A stretch of 62,829 nucleotides of DNA, filler included, from Squatina squatina (Eukaryota), in assembly GCA_031763465.1 (NCBI GenBank). It is 3 parts of 3 records of this genome, joined end to end, with 100 filler letters (N's around TTAATTAATTAA, not from the genome) between each part and the next. Parts side by side here need not be neighbours in the genome. Positions count along the whole stretch, not along the records: positions 19,726 to 46,718 come from JARFOE010000016.1; 2 more parts are not named here. The stretch is one strand, 5' to 3'. The notes beneath the pieces were generated by a model that was not told where the DNA came from, did not search any database, and worked only from the letters and a program-made list of their open reading frames with translations. The position numbers and the translations under genes were made by a program. Below, in pieces: positions 25,194 through 37,576 of this stretch (position 1 is the stretch's first letter; every line of letters starts with the position of its first letter).

Positions 25194-25768
25194 GCCACTG
25201 ACTCCAGCCCTCTCCATGCCCACTGTCTGAGGTTGAACCAGACTGATTGCAACTTCAGCTTCCTATTTGACCCTGAGCTGAGCATCCAACCGCATATTCT
25301 CTCCATCACCAAGACCATCTACTTCCACCTCTGTAACATCACCCATCTCCGTCCCTGCCTCAGCTCATCTGCTGCTGAAACCATCATCCTTAACTTTGTT
25401 ACCTTTAGACTTGACTGTGCCAATGTTCTTCTGGCCGGATTATCACTTGGGACCCTCCACAACTTGAGCTCATCCAAAACTCCGCTTCTCTTATTCTAAC
25501 TTACACAAGTCTCATTCACCCATCGCCCTTGTGCTCACTGACCTACATTGGTTCCTGGCCCCGAAATGCCTTGATTGTAGAATTCTCAGCCTTGTTTTCA
25601 AGTCCCTCCATGGCCTTGTCCCTCCCTATTTCTGTAACTTCCTACTGCCCTCCGAGATCTCTGTGCTCCTCCAGTTCTGGCCTCTTGCACATGCCTGATT
25701 TTAATCACTTTGTCATTGGCGGCCGTGCCTTCAGCTACCTTGGTCCTAAGCTCTGGGACTCCCTCCCT
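25194..25768 (+). mobile_element. L2-clade LINE ORF2 3' fragment
   Basis: FDPELS..PHI..ITKT.YFHL.NI..LRP.LS...RLD.AN..LAGL...GGRAFSY.GP.LW.SLP. Confidence 0.8.
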
Positions 25769-26423
25769 NNNNNNNNNNNNNNNNNNNNNNNNNNNNNNNN
25801 NNNNNNNNNNNNNNNNNNNNNNNNNNNNNNNNNNNNNNNNNNNNNNNNNNNNNNNNNNNNNNNNNNNNAACTGCCCTCTGAAATGGCCCAGCTAGATAAA
25901 CTCAGTTGTATAAGGCGGCTCACCATCTTCTTCTCGAGGGCAATTAGGGACGGGCAATAAATGCTGGCCTTTCTAGCGATCCCACATCCCGTGACTAAAT
26001 AAAATAAAAAGGTGTCTGATTTCATGGCAGTGTTCTAATCTTCGATGAAGACTGTGGTCATCATTTCACGGGCTGTAATTCGCCTGAAGTCGTGGCCCTC
26101 TGACTGGTGGGACATTGGACTTGCGCCCCCCNNNNNNNNNNTGGCACACAGCAGGCGAGATAGGGAGACAATCGGTAGGCAGTCAAGTGGTGATTGGGAG
26201 CGGCCTGTGGTTTTAATGTACAACCAGGAGGATCACTTTTTTGGTTAGCTGCCTGCAGTGGTCTCTTTAAGAATCACTCGTCAGCTCACTCAAGACGCAG
26301 AATAACTCGGATCACGCACGTCGCAAACTGTGACTCAATTACACCACAAATCCTTCACTCAACCTACAGCATGCAGAATTGTCATAGAATACGCTCGTAT
26401 CTACAGGTTTTACAGGACCTTAC

Positions 26424-26626
26424 CATTCCCAGCACTCCTCCTTGTATCCCAGCCACAGGGGAGCATTCTGAGGCATGTCCATAACAGAAGCAACTGCCTC
26501 GGACCACCAGCTCGTACACAGCATAATAATACTTCTGTAGAACCTCCACTCGCCGGTCCAGCAGGTTATCTCCAAGGGTGTGCAGTTTGGTGAAGTGTAT
26601 TTTTAAATTAGTAATCCTCAGCAGAT
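26424..26626 (-). CDS. LAMB2: Laminin beta-2 or beta-2-like, LN-domain end / LE1 exon
   Basis: ag|(D)[25 protein letters not shown]...[24 protein letters not shown]...GM|gtaagg. The exact paralog is uncertain. Confidence 0.8.
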
Positions 26627-26699
26627 CTAGTGGCAGTAAAATCGCAAAGGAGAACATCAACACAACAGGTAATCAGGTGTCAACGTGAACCGAGCAACA

Positions 26700-27068
26700 T
26701 TCACTCAAAGTGGGTGGGAGCAGCAGAGTAAGGAAGTCTTGGTACAATTGTACAGGGTTCTGCTGAGAGCACGTCAGGAGTACTGTGCTCAGTTTTGGTC
26801 TCCATGCCGAACAAAGGATATACTTGTCTTCGAGGCAATGCGATGGAATTCAACAGATTGATCCCTGGGCTGTCCTATGAGGAGAGATTGAATAGATTGG
26901 CCCTATACTCTCTGGAGGTTAGAAGAATAAGAACATAAGAGCATAAGAAATAGGAGGAGGATTGGCCATTCGGCCCCTCGAGCCTGCTCCACCATTCAAC
27001 AAGATCATGGCTGATCTTCCACCTCAACGCCATTTTCCTGCACTATCCCCATATCCCTTGATGCCTTT
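26700..27068. mobile_element. CR1 fragments: plus ORF2 end abutting a minus 3' tail
   Basis: EYCAQFWSP...YEERLNRL motif, then an (agaacata)-type tail in reverse orientation. Confidence 0.7.
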
Positions 27069-27269
27069 NNNNNNNNNNNNNNNNNNNNNNNNNNNNNNNN
27101 NNNNNNNNNNNNNNNNNNNNNNNNNNNNNNNNNNNNNNNNNNNNNNNNNNNNNNNNNNNNNNNNNNNNGTAAATCTAGCGCCGAAAATTGGCATTAGGCC
27201 GTTAACGCCGACTTAACGTTAGTTTAACGCCCCAAAAAAAGGATGAATTGGCCAGCCAAAAAGTTTTAC

Positions 27270-28371
27270 AATTATATTAGAAGATAAAGGGTAGTCAAAT
27301 GTAATGTGGGCCCTTTAAAAACAGATTTGGGTAATATTGCAAATGAAACTCAGGAAATGGCAGACTTGTTGACTAATTACTTTGTGTCAGTCTTCACAGT
27401 GGAAGAAGAGGATAATATTCTTAACATTCCAGCGAAATGAATACTGAATCAAGGACTGGATGTCACTAAAGTTAACTTCAGCAAGAAAACAATATTCGAA
27501 AAAAAATAATGGCAGTAAAGACTGACAAATCCCCAGGACCTGATGGTTTTAAAGGAAGTAGGTGAGGAAATTGCAGAGGCTTTCGCCATAATCTTCCAAA
27601 GCTCTCTTGATTCAGGAATTATCCCTTTAGATTGGATAATTGCAAATTTAACTCCATTATTCAAGAAAGACAAGAGAAATTATAGATCTGCTTGTCCAAC
27701 ATCTCTTGTGGAGAAGTTATTAGAATCTATAATTAAGGATAGAGTGACTGAGCACTTGGAGAAATTTGAGATGATTAAAGAGTTAACATGGATTTGTAAA
27801 GGGTAGGTCATGTCTAACAAATCTCATTGAATTTTTTGAAGTAGTTGCCAGGTGAATGTCTCTGGATATATTTTATCTGGACTTCCAGAAGTCATTTAAC
27901 AAGGTTCCACATAAGAGACTGTTTGCTAAAATTAAAGCTCATGGAATTGAAAGCAAATTATTGACCTGGTTCGGGGACTGGTTCGGCAGGAGAAGACTGA
28001 AAATAGAGATAATGGGTATGTACTCAAATTGGAAGGAATTGACTCGTGGTGTCCCACAAGGATCTGCGGAGGGGTCTCAACTATTCACTATTGTTTATTT
28101 ATTAATGACTTCAAGAACACAACAGAGAGCCATATATCCAATTGCCAATGACACAAAGATTGGTGGTATAGTAAGTAGTGTAGACAGGGGCATAATATTA
28201 CAAAGAAACATTGATAGATTACGTGACTGGGCAAAACTGTGGCAGATGAATTATGAGGCGAGACTCCATAATCTAGGCTTGTATACCCCAGGATATATCA
28301 GGGTAAGGGGTGATTTGATTCAGGTTTTTAGGATTTTGAAAATACTTCTAAGGGTAGATCGAGAGAAACCT
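27270..28371 (+). mobile_element. CR1 LINE ORF2 (RT) fragment
   Basis: VLKEV..EIAEA..IIFQSSL...YLDFQK.F.KVPH...GVPQGS...NDTKIGG, with stops, frameshifts and deletions. Confidence 0.88.
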
Positions 28372-28646
28372 NNNNNNNNNNNNNNNNNNNNNNNNNNNNN
28401 NNNNNNNNNNNNNNNNNNNNNNNNNNNNNNNNNNNNNNNNNNNNNNNNNNNNNNNNNNNNNNNNNNNNNNNCCCCCCCACCCCCGACTTTAACCTAACCC
28501 ACACAACGCGATTGTGACAGTGTTGAGTCCGACGCCCGGTTAACCCGCCTGATTTTACTCTTCATTGACTTCAGCGAGCTGTAAAATCAGGTGTCCGACT
28601 TGAGATTTCAGAAAAATGTAAGAACCTTCATTGTTGTTGCTTGCAG

Positions 28647-28794
28647 ACTGGTGGAAGAGATCAAGCTGAAGTGTGGTGGTTTTCAGCTGCAGAATGAAGA
28701 TGTCTACATGGCCACCACATTCGAGGACTTCGTGCAGATGCTCGTGAGGAAACTCCGAGGGGAAGATGAGGAAGAGGAGCTGGTGATAGACTAT
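28647..28794 (+). CDS. ALDH1L1: 10-formyltetrahydrofolate dehydrogenase, internal exon (148 bp)
   Basis: cag|.[49 protein letters not shown]|gt. ALDH1L1 preferred over ALDH1L2 because it sits next to KLF15. Confidence 0.8.
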
Positions 28795-29102
28795 GTATGC
28801 AGATTTTGCATTGATAATCCATACATCATGGATCAATGATTAACCTCATTTCTAAACAAAGAATTACCTCCAGAACATCAGACCATAATAACAAGATAAG
28901 ACGACTATCTCAGCCAGTTTGTGAAACTCTCTGCCTGAACTCCTATCGCTCGACTCTCTACTGATTCAGGAATTGATTGACATCCCTTTTTAATAATAGA
29001 ATNNNNNNNNNNNNNNNNNNNNNNNNNNNNNNNNNNNNNNNNNNNNNNNNNNNNNNNNNNNNNNNNNNNNNNNNNNNNNNNNNNNNNNNNNNNNNNNNNN
29101 NN

Positions 29103-30000
29103 GGCCCAGGATAACCCCGCCTTGGCCCTGGGAACTGTCGGCGGCCCCAGCCATCGGCTTGGCAGCGATGGGGACCGGTGCGATCCGAACGAACTGGCGC
29201 GAGCAGCTTAGACTGGACAACTGCACGAATTGAGGCACAAGGGTGAACGTTTGTCCCTGAATGTTGACCACCAGTTGTGCGAACTTAAGGTCTGACTGAG
29301 GCTGTGGACCAATGGCACTGCCGCCCTCTTGCTTCACCTCGACAGGTTGCAGTTGAAGAATAAGTGGGATACCTCCTTCAACCTTCAATGCCTCTTCGGT
29401 GCTCCTCACACTTTTTGCTTTTCCAGCCTGTTCGGACTTTGGTTGCACAGGGCCTAATTTTATTTGGTCTTTCTCCTGCAGCATGCTTGCTGATCTCCAA
29501 TCCCCATTTTTCAATTCTTCAGCCTTGCTTTTGAGCTCTGCCTTTGAGTCCATGTCCATGTTCTCCTCAAGGAATTCCTCAATTTCTTCCAGTGTGGGCT
29601 GGAATGACCTCAAATCGGGATACTCCAGAGCCTCCTCCTTGACGACTGAATGGCGATCCTTCTTGCCCCAACATGGAGTTGGGAAGCTTCCAATGGAAGC
29701 CTGGGAAAGCAGGTAGTCTATGATGCTCTCTCCGCTCTCGCTGCTCTGTATATCGGCACTGCTCTCGCTGCTCTGGCTGCTCTCACCACTCTCGCTGCTC
29801 TGTATACTCACGCCGCTCTCACTGCTCTTGCTGCTCCGCTTGCATGCCCCGCACTCGTCGCTCTCGCTGCTTCGTGTACCTGCGCCACTCTCATTGCTCC
29901 GTATACCCGTGTCGCTGTCTCTGCTCCATATACAATAGCCGTTCTCACTGCTCCATATACCTGCGCCGCTCTCGCTGCTCTTGCTGCTCCGTATACCCAT
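29103..30000 (-). CDS. KLF15: Krueppel-like factor 15, N-terminal/activation exon (3' end in gap; 5' end uncertain)
   Basis: SIIDYLLSQA, FQPTLEEIEEFLEENM, AQLVVNIQGQTF.LVPQ and FVRIAPVPIAAKP are KLF15-specific motifs. Confidence 0.88.
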
Positions 30001-30401
30001 GTCATTCTAACTGCTCCATATAACTGTGTCGCTCTCGCTGCTCCGTATACCTGCGCCGCTCTCACTGCTCCATATACCGCGTTGCTGTCATCACTCCCGC
30101 TGCTCCTTATACACGCGCCACTCTCACTGCTCCGTATAACCACGTCGCACTTGCTGCTCCACATACCCGCACCGCTCTCGTTGCTCCTTATACCCGCACC
30201 ATAGTCACCACTCCGGATACATGCACGTGCTCGCTGTTCCGAATACCGGCGCCGCTCTCGCTGCTCCTTATTCCCGCACCTCTGTCACTGCCCCGCATAC
30301 CCACGCCGTTCTCGCCGCTCTAGCTTCTCCGTATACCCGATCCGCTCTCTTGGTCCTTATTCCAGTGCCTCTGTCACTGCCCCGTAGACCCACGCCACTC
30401 T
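29725..30401 (-). repeat. Degenerate ~27-nt minisatellite (GGT ATA CGG AGC AGC GAG AGC GGC GCA, GIRSSESGA) with 9-nt sub-repeats
   Basis: Repeat units read directly. The array overlaps the start of the KLF15 reading frame. Confidence 0.85.
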
Positions 30402-30501
30402 NNNNNNNNNNNNNNNNNNNNNNNNNNNNNNNNNNNNNNNNNNNNNNNNNNNNNNNNNNNNNNNNNNNNNNNNNNNNNNNNNNNNNNNNNNNNNNNNNNN
30501 N

Positions 30502-30852
30502 TGTTCTGCTTGTTACAACCTCGAAAAACTAACAGATTTGTCAAACATGATTTCCCTTTCATAAATCCGTGTTGACTCTGTCCAATCCTATTATCTTCTA
30601 AGTGCCCCGTTACCATGTCCTTAATAGATTCTAGCAGTTTCCCGACAACTGATGTCCGGCTAACTGGTCTGTAGTTCCATTTTCTCTCTCCATCCTTTCT
30701 TAAATAGTGGAATTACAGTTGTTACCTTCCAATCCGCAGGAACCGTTCTAGAATCTAGGGAGTTTTGGATGATGACAACCAATACATCCACTATCGCCAC
30801 AGCCACCTCTTTCAAAACCCTGGGATGTAGATCATCAGGTCCTGGGGATTTT
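30502..30852 (-). mobile_element. CR1 LINE ORF2 fragment
   Basis: KSPGPDDLHPRVLKEV...SQHGFMKGKSCLTNL. Confidence 0.85.
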
Positions 30853-31112
30853 GCCATGTTAAAGTCTGCGCACAGTAAATGCACCCAAAAAGAATTGTGC
30901 GGAACATTGGCCAAAATTCTGCAACTCGCTCCCCAACAGCACTGTGGGAGTACCTTCACCACACGGACTGCAGCTGTTCACCACCACCTTCTCAAGGGCA
31001 ACTAGTATGAGTGATAAATATTAGCCTTGCCAGCAACACCCACACCCCATGAACAAATTAAAAAATACTGCATTCTAAACGATTGCAAGTCTGCAATGCC
31101 TCTGATACCTAC

Positions 31113-31783
31113 CAGAAAGGAGCAGCCAGACACCATGTTTAACTCCAACTCTTTCTGTGCGCTAAAGGTGCCAGTTGGAGGGTTTAAACTGGAAAAGACA
31201 AACTGAGTGACCACCTTGCTCCCCTCCTGCTGGCTCATCACATCAGACACGCTCAGCACGTGCTGCTCCAGCTTAGTTGGGGTCAGCAGTTCCGGGATGT
31301 GGCTGCCCCCCAGGCTGCTGGAAGGGGTCAGGGCTCCACTGGAGGATAAGCCCTGCAGCTCCTGACAGCTGCTCGCAGCCCGCATCGACAGGGAGCTCAG
31401 GGTGCCCAACGCCTCCGCATTCACCGCCTGCACGCCCTCCAGATTCAAAGTGCTCTGCTGCAAGACACCGGCTGCGAGGCCCAGAGCACCGTCTATGGCA
31501 TGCGACATGTCCGCAGCGGCTACAATCAGCGGGTCCACGGGCTGTGACATGGCATTGCTGTTTACGGAGACCGCCCCACCCAACGTGGATCCCACAGAGG
31601 CAGCGTCGATCGTCAGGATTCCCGAGCTCACGAGCGACATGTCCGGCGAGATGCCGACCGGATTGACGGGAACGGCGGTGAAGAGCGAGGCGATGTCCAC
31701 GTTGCTGAGGTCGCCCTGGCTTGAACTGGTCAGCTCACTGCTCGGGGTCAAGGAGCCAGTCATCTCCAACTGGGAGAACAGAT
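31113..31783 (-). CDS. ZXDC: ZXD family zinc finger C, activation-region exon
   Basis: cag|(D)LFSQLEMTGSLTPSSEL...LVSSGILTIDAASVGSTL...ELLTPTK...SFL|gtaggt. Phase-compatible with exon 33175-33345. Confidence 0.85.
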
Positions 31784-33174
31784 CTGAAACAGAGTCAGTA
31801 AATCCATCAATTCACAGCAGTCCCTGCCAATGCATGCAAAGAGGCCATTCAGTCCATCGAGCCTGTGCTGGCTCTGAACAAGCTCTCCAATTAGTCCCAC
31901 TCCCCCTGCTCTTTCCCAACAGCCCTGAAATTTTCTCCTTTTCAAGTATTTATCCAATTCCCTTTTGAAAGTTACTATTGAATCTGCTTCCACCGCCCTT
32001 TCAGGCAGCGCGTTCCANNNNNNNNNNNNNNNNNNNNNNNNNNNNNNNNNNNNNNNNNNNNNNNNNNNNNNNNNNNNNNNNNNNNNNNNNNNNNNNNNNN
32101 NNNNNNNNNNNNNNNNNNNNNNNNNNNNNNNNNNNNNNNNNNNNNNNNNNNNNNNNNNNNNNNNNNNNNNNNNNNNNNNNNNNNNNNNNNNNNNNNNNNN
32201 NNNNNNNNNNNNNNNNNNNNNNNNNNNNNNNNNNNNNNNNNNNNNNNNNNNNNNNNNNNNNNNNNNNNNNNNNNNNNNNNNNNNNNNNNNNNNNNNNNNN
32301 NNNNNNNNNNNNNNNNNNNNNNNNNNNNNNNNNNNNNNNNNNNNNNNNNNNNNNNNNNNNNNNNNNNNNNNNNNNNNNNNNNNNNNNNNNNNNNNNNNNN
32401 NNNNNNNNNNNNNNNNNNNNNNNNNNNNNNNNNNNNNNNNNNNNNNNNNNNNNNNNNNNNNNNNNNNNNNNNNNNNNNNNNNNNNNNNNNNNNNNNNNNN
32501 NNNNNNNNNNNNNNNNNNNNNNNNNNNNNNNNNNNNNNNNNNNNNNNNNNNNNNNNNNNNNNNNNNNNNNNNNNNNNNNNNNNNNNNNNNNNNNNNNNNN
32601 NNNNNNNNNNNNNNNNNNNNNNNNNNNNNNNNNNNNNNNNNNNNNNNNNNNNNNNNNNNNNNNNNNNNNNNNNNNNNNNNNNNNNNNNNNNNNNNNNNNN
32701 NNNNNNNNNNNNNNNNNNNNNNNNNNNNNNNNNNNNNNNNNNNNNNNNNNNNNNNNNNNNNNNNNNNNNNNNNNNNNNNGGCTGGAGGAGGTTAGAGATA
32801 GCGAGGGGTGAGGCCATGGAAAGATTTGAACACAAGGATGAGAATTTTAAAATTGAGGAGTTGCCAGACCAGAAGACAATATAGATCGGTGAGTACGGGG
32901 TGTGAGCTCTCCGAGCGACCACAGAAACGTTGCTTCTGGACCCTCTGCTCAGGGCAGACGACAGTGCAGCTATAGCTCCCGGGGGGAGCAAGAAGGGCAG
33001 GGGCCCAATCCTCTGCACCACCTGAAACTCAGCTGATCGTCGTTTAGTGTTAAGCTGCCCGTTTGGAACAGGCCAGAAGAGAGGTGCCTGGAGTCCCCCC
33101 ACCACCCAGTAACCAATGCCAGAGCATATCATTGCGGTTAAAAGTAGAGGTTTGCTGAGTCGAGGTGACCGTAC

Positions 33175-33345
33175 CAGGGCTGATATTGTGCTGCTTCATC
33201 ATGTGAGCCTTGATGCTGTGCTTCGAGTTGAAGAGCTTGCTGCAGTTGGAGAGGGGGCAGCGTGTTTTCACCTTGTCCGCATCTTCCAGGTGTTTCTTAG
33301 AGTGGATGTACAGGCTGCTACGTGCCGAGAATCGAGCTTCGCAAC
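33175..33345 (-). CDS. ZXDC: ZXDC C2H2 zinc-finger exon (171 bp)
   Basis: ag|(G)CEARFSARSSLYIHSKKH...RCPLSNCSKLFNSKHSIKAHMMKQH...|gtacgg. Confidence 0.88.
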
Positions 33346-34283
33346 CTGAGCACACGGGGAATCTTGCATTATGTAAAGAAATTTACTTCCTGGAAAACCC
33401 CGCACGCCTCCAATACCTTAATCTGAACGACTAAAAACACAAACAGGCCATTCGGCTCAACTGGTCTGNNNNNNNNNNGTGTTTCTGCTCGACACGAGCC
33501 TCCTCCCACCCTCTTCATCTCACCCCATCAGCAGATCCTTCTATTCCTTTCTCCCTCGTGTGTTTATCCAGCTTCCCCTTAAATACATCTCTGCTATTCA
33601 CCTCAACCACTCCCTGGGGGAGCGAGTTCCACATTCTCATCACTCTCTGGGTAAAGAAATTTCTCCTGAATTGATTTATCAGTGACTATCTTCAATGTGC
33701 CTGCTAAGCTGTGTGGCTGTGCAGTAGTCTGGAGGTCCCATGCTGTCATGGGCAATTCATGTAAAAAAAAACGTGCGTGCGCAAAAAATGGACGCGTAGC
33801 CAGAAAATAGGGCCCGCATACCAAAAAAAAATTACAGGGAACACCGAGTATCTAATATTGATGGCTGCTAGTTTAAACACAAGAATTAGGATCATACGAC
33901 CTCTTGAGCCTGCTTTGCCATTCAATAAGGTCATGGCTGAACTTCAAACCTCAACTCCACCCGATCTCCATATCCCTCGATTCCCTTACTGGCCAAGGAC
34001 CTATTGATCTCCGTCTTAAATATACTCAACGACTGAGCATCCACTGCCCTCTGCGGTAGAGAATTCCAAAGCTTCACAACCCTCAGTGAAGACATTTCTC
34101 ATCTCAATCTTAAATGGTCTGCCTCACAAGTGGAGACACCTTCCATACGTCCACCCAATCGAATCCCTTCACAATTTTAAAGANNNNNNNNNNNNNNNNN
34201 NNNNNNNNNNNNNNNNNNNNNNNNNNNNNNNNNNNNNNNNNNNNNNNNNNNNNNNNNNNNNNNNNNNNNNNNNNNNNNNNNNN

Positions 34284-34720
34284 GTGTGACCACCTCCACA
34301 AATGTGCTATCCACATAGTTCTCAGCCTTGCGGATACACCACAGTGACTCCAGCCGCCACTCCAGCTCTGAAATCCGGAGCTCAAGTTGCTACAGCTGGC
34401 GACACCTCCGGCACATGTGGTTGTCTGGGACACAAGAAACGTCCATAACTTCCAACATGGCACAAGATGCGCATTCCACTCGGGCGAGCTGCCCTGCCAT
34501 GCCATAACTTTACTTTGCAGACTATTAATTATAAACTAGAAAGTAGAAATACTCACCAGCTACTAATCAATCAGCTGCTTCCCCTCTGCCAACATCACTC
34601 CTTATTCCTGACGTCAAGTTTCGAACTGCGCCTATATTGCGCTCCCGCCGGCCGGCTCACGCTCCTCCGAGGTCCGCCTCTGCCTGTTTGTTTGTGTGTT
34701 CCTGGTGACCGCCTTTGTTC
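34284..34720 (-). mobile_element. CR1 LINE 5' end: 5'UTR plus ORF1 N-terminus (zinc finger / leucine zipper)
   Basis: From ATG 34500: MAGQLARVECASCAM...HMCRRCRQL*QLELRISELE.RLESLW. This is a CxxC...CxxC motif plus heptads, with one stop. Confidence 0.7.
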
Positions 34721-35115
34721 TTTTTTCTCAGCACGAAATTTGTATTTGACAAAATGTGAAGCCTGAAGTGTAATGGACAGGGCATATGTGTATATGTAAA
34801 GTTTTCATGTATCTCTGGAACAGTATTCTAAAAACTATGATCCGACTTACTTCCTGTCTGTTGCCCACTGTTGCTTAATTTGACAGATTTCAGGATCACA
34901 CATTTTTTGATTCACTCAAATATCACATTTAACAAATGACAAATCGGTAGCGAAGAAATGCAACCAAAATCTACCAATAAAGCGAAGAACCTAACCAATC
35001 ACATCACTGCATATTNNNNNNNNNNNNNNNNNNNNNNNNNNNNNNNNNNNNNNNNNNNNNNNNNNNNNNNNNNNNNNNNNNNNNNNNNNNNNNNNNNNNN
35101 NNNNNNNNNNNNNNN

Positions 35116-35839
35116 CCAGCTTATCCGGTCTCTGTACATAACTGAAGTCTTTCATCCCTGGTACCATTCCAGCAAATCTCTTCTGCACCCTCTCTAAGGC
35201 TGTGGCATCTTTCCTAAAGCGTGGTGTGCAGAATTGAACACAATACTCTAGCTGAGGCCTAACCAGTGTTTTATAAAGGATTATCTTCCATGCTTTTGTA
35301 TTCTATGAGTCTATTAATAAGGCCAAGAATCCTATATGCTTTAACAGGCTTCACAACTTTTCCTGCCACCTTCAAGAATTGCGTACGTACACTTGCAGGT
35401 CTCTGTTCCTTAAAAATTGTACCATTTAGTTTAAATTGCCCCTCATTCTTCCCAACATGCATCATTTCTTACTTCTGTTAAATTTTATCTGCCATGTGTC
35501 TGCCCATTTCATCAGTGTGTGTCCTTCTGAAGTCTGTTACTATCCTCCACACGGTTTACTACATTTCCATGTTTTGCGTCATCCCCAAACTTTGAAATTA
35601 TGCCCAGTATACCCAAGTCCAGGTCATTAATATGTATCAAAATAAGCAAATGCCAACCTCTGGAGAACACCACTGCATACTTCCCTGCAGTCTGAAAAAA
35701 ATTTGTTCACCATTATTTCGGGATTCTGTCGATAGCCAATTTTGTATCCACGCTGCCACTGTCCCTCTAATCCCATGGGCTTTGATTTTGATAACAAGTC
35801 TGTTACGTGGTGCTATATCAAACCCTGTTTGAATGTTCA
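35116..35839 (-). mobile_element. CR1 LINE ORF2 fragment (degenerate)
   Basis: KFGDDAK..., LEYCVQF, QKRFAGMVPGM motifs. Confidence 0.8.
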
Positions 35840-36268
35840 NNNNNNNNNNNNNNNNNNNNNNNNNNNNNNNNNNNNNNNNNNNNNNNNNNNNNNNNNNNNN
35901 NNNNNNNNNNNNNNNNNNNNNNNNNNNNNNNNNNNNNNNAACAAGGATGAGAATTTTAAAATTGAGGTGTTGCTGGACCGGGAGTCAATGTCGGTCAGCG
36001 AGCACAGGGGTGATAGGTGAACGGGACTTGGTATGAGTTAGGATACCGGCAGCCGAGTTTTGCATGATTTCACAGGGAATATGTTACAGAAGAAAACATT
36101 CCAGAATTTATAAGGGATCCTCCTGTCCATGTTGAACTCTTGTACAACAATAACAACAAAAGAAAGTGCATTTAATGTGCGGGGAAAAAGAAAAATGGGT
36201 CTGTTCACGCAGATCCTCTTCTGCACCTTATTAACACCATCCATCACTTATAACATATGTGCAAATAG

Positions 36269-36393
36269 GGACTGTTTGCTCCTGGGATGTCTGAACAGCG
36301 GCACCAGTTTTGTATCGGGCTTCGCCATATTTTCCATCCTTGGCTTCATGGCTCAAGAACAAGGGGTGGACATAGCGGATGTAGCTGAGTCAG
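36269..36393 (+). CDS. SLC6A6: Taurine transporter, internal exon (125 bp)
   Basis: ag|.[41 protein letters not shown]+g|gt. Near-identical to recalled TauT. Confidence 0.9.
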
Positions 36394-37423
36394 GTACGAG
36401 CAGCAGCAGGCGCTACTGGCAGCGTAACGTATCTGCGCAACAGAGACATTTTAAATAGCAATAGTCTGTATGTTCACAGCGTGCGTTGTCCGAGCTGTGT
36501 GCTTTGATTCCACCTTGCAGAGTCTGTCTGAATGAATTGCCCGGATTGTGGATCTGCTTCCTCCTTTACACCGGTTGCAGCGAGCACCCTGCCCCCACTC
36601 TGGTGACAGGGGGAACAGGCTGCGATGCCAGTTTTCAGTCGCACCTCACCGACTAGTCCGCCGCTGGCGTTGCCCGGCCGATTGCTGCCCCCCCTGACGT
36701 ACTTTGGAAAAAAAAAAAAATGAAGTTACGGCTCTGCCAGCCCCTGATGGCCCGCGGTGTGACTGCACCGCCCCGCTGTGGCGCTGAAGCGTTGAGGATC
36801 GCATCACGAGCCCTCGAGTCAGCTCTTCGTCCACCCCCCGCCACCCCGGGCAGCAGCAGCTTGTGTGGGGCCGGGGTTGGGGGAGTATTAGGGGGGGTTT
36901 CTCCTCTATGCCCCCTCAGGTTAGAGGGAGAGGGGTGGAGGAACTAGCCAGAGCATCATTACCCCCTCCTCGCTGTCCGGTGACTCCTTCTGGACNNNNN
37001 NNNNNNNNNNNNNNNNNNNNNNNNNNNNNNNNNNNNNNNNNNNNNNNNNNNNNNNNNNNNNNNNNNNNNNNNNNNNNNNNNNNNNNNNNNNNNNNCCCCT
37101 AAAAAGCTGTTAAGGCCAGGGGTCAATTGGAAAATTCAAAACTGAGATTGATGGATTTTTGTTAGGTAAGGATATTAAGGATTGCGAAGCATGGAGTTAA
37201 GATACTTGTCAGCCATGATCTTGAGGGGGCTGAGTGACCTCCTCCTGGTCTTGTGATAGATGGAGGAAATCAGCCTGGGTTCCTGATCATCTGTGATCTA
37301 ATTGAATGGGTCGAGCAGGCTTGAGGGGCCGAATGGCCTCCTTCGATTCCTATGTGCTGAAATGTGTCTGTCCTTCGTTCTTACCGGTTCTAACTGTCTC
37401 GCTTGTCTTTTCATCCCCTCCAG

Positions 37424-37576
37424 CGGATAAAGATGCTCACAGCACCCAAGGGAGAAGGAAGGAAGCCCAAGGATCTCGCTTTGGATGCCGAGGCCACAGT
37501 ACCGCTCAGTCCCAATGGGACAGCAGGGAACGATGTAGGAAAACCCACTCAGATAATAATAGAGACTGCGATGTAA
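37424..37576 (+). CDS. SLC6A6: Taurine transporter, last coding exon
   Basis: cag|RIKMLTAPK...NG...GKPTQIIIETAM*. Matches the TauT C-terminus KPTHIIVETMM*. Not in the ORF track in this frame. Confidence 0.85.
   Translation, partial: RIKMLTAPKGEGRKPKDLALDAEATVPLSPNGTAGNDVGKPTQIIIETAM

Noticed and set aside
27543-28497. RT ORFs as a novel or retron-like reverse transcriptase system
   Set aside because: Ordinary decayed CR1/L2 LINE ORF2 fragments with stops and frameshifts.
29650-30532. Hydrophobic Ala/Leu-rich plus-strand ORFs
   Set aside because: Antisense readings of the KLF15 minisatellite.
31965-33132. Long ORFs of 264-385 aa here and at 20844-21638
   Set aside because: They consist mostly of X residues from N gaps.
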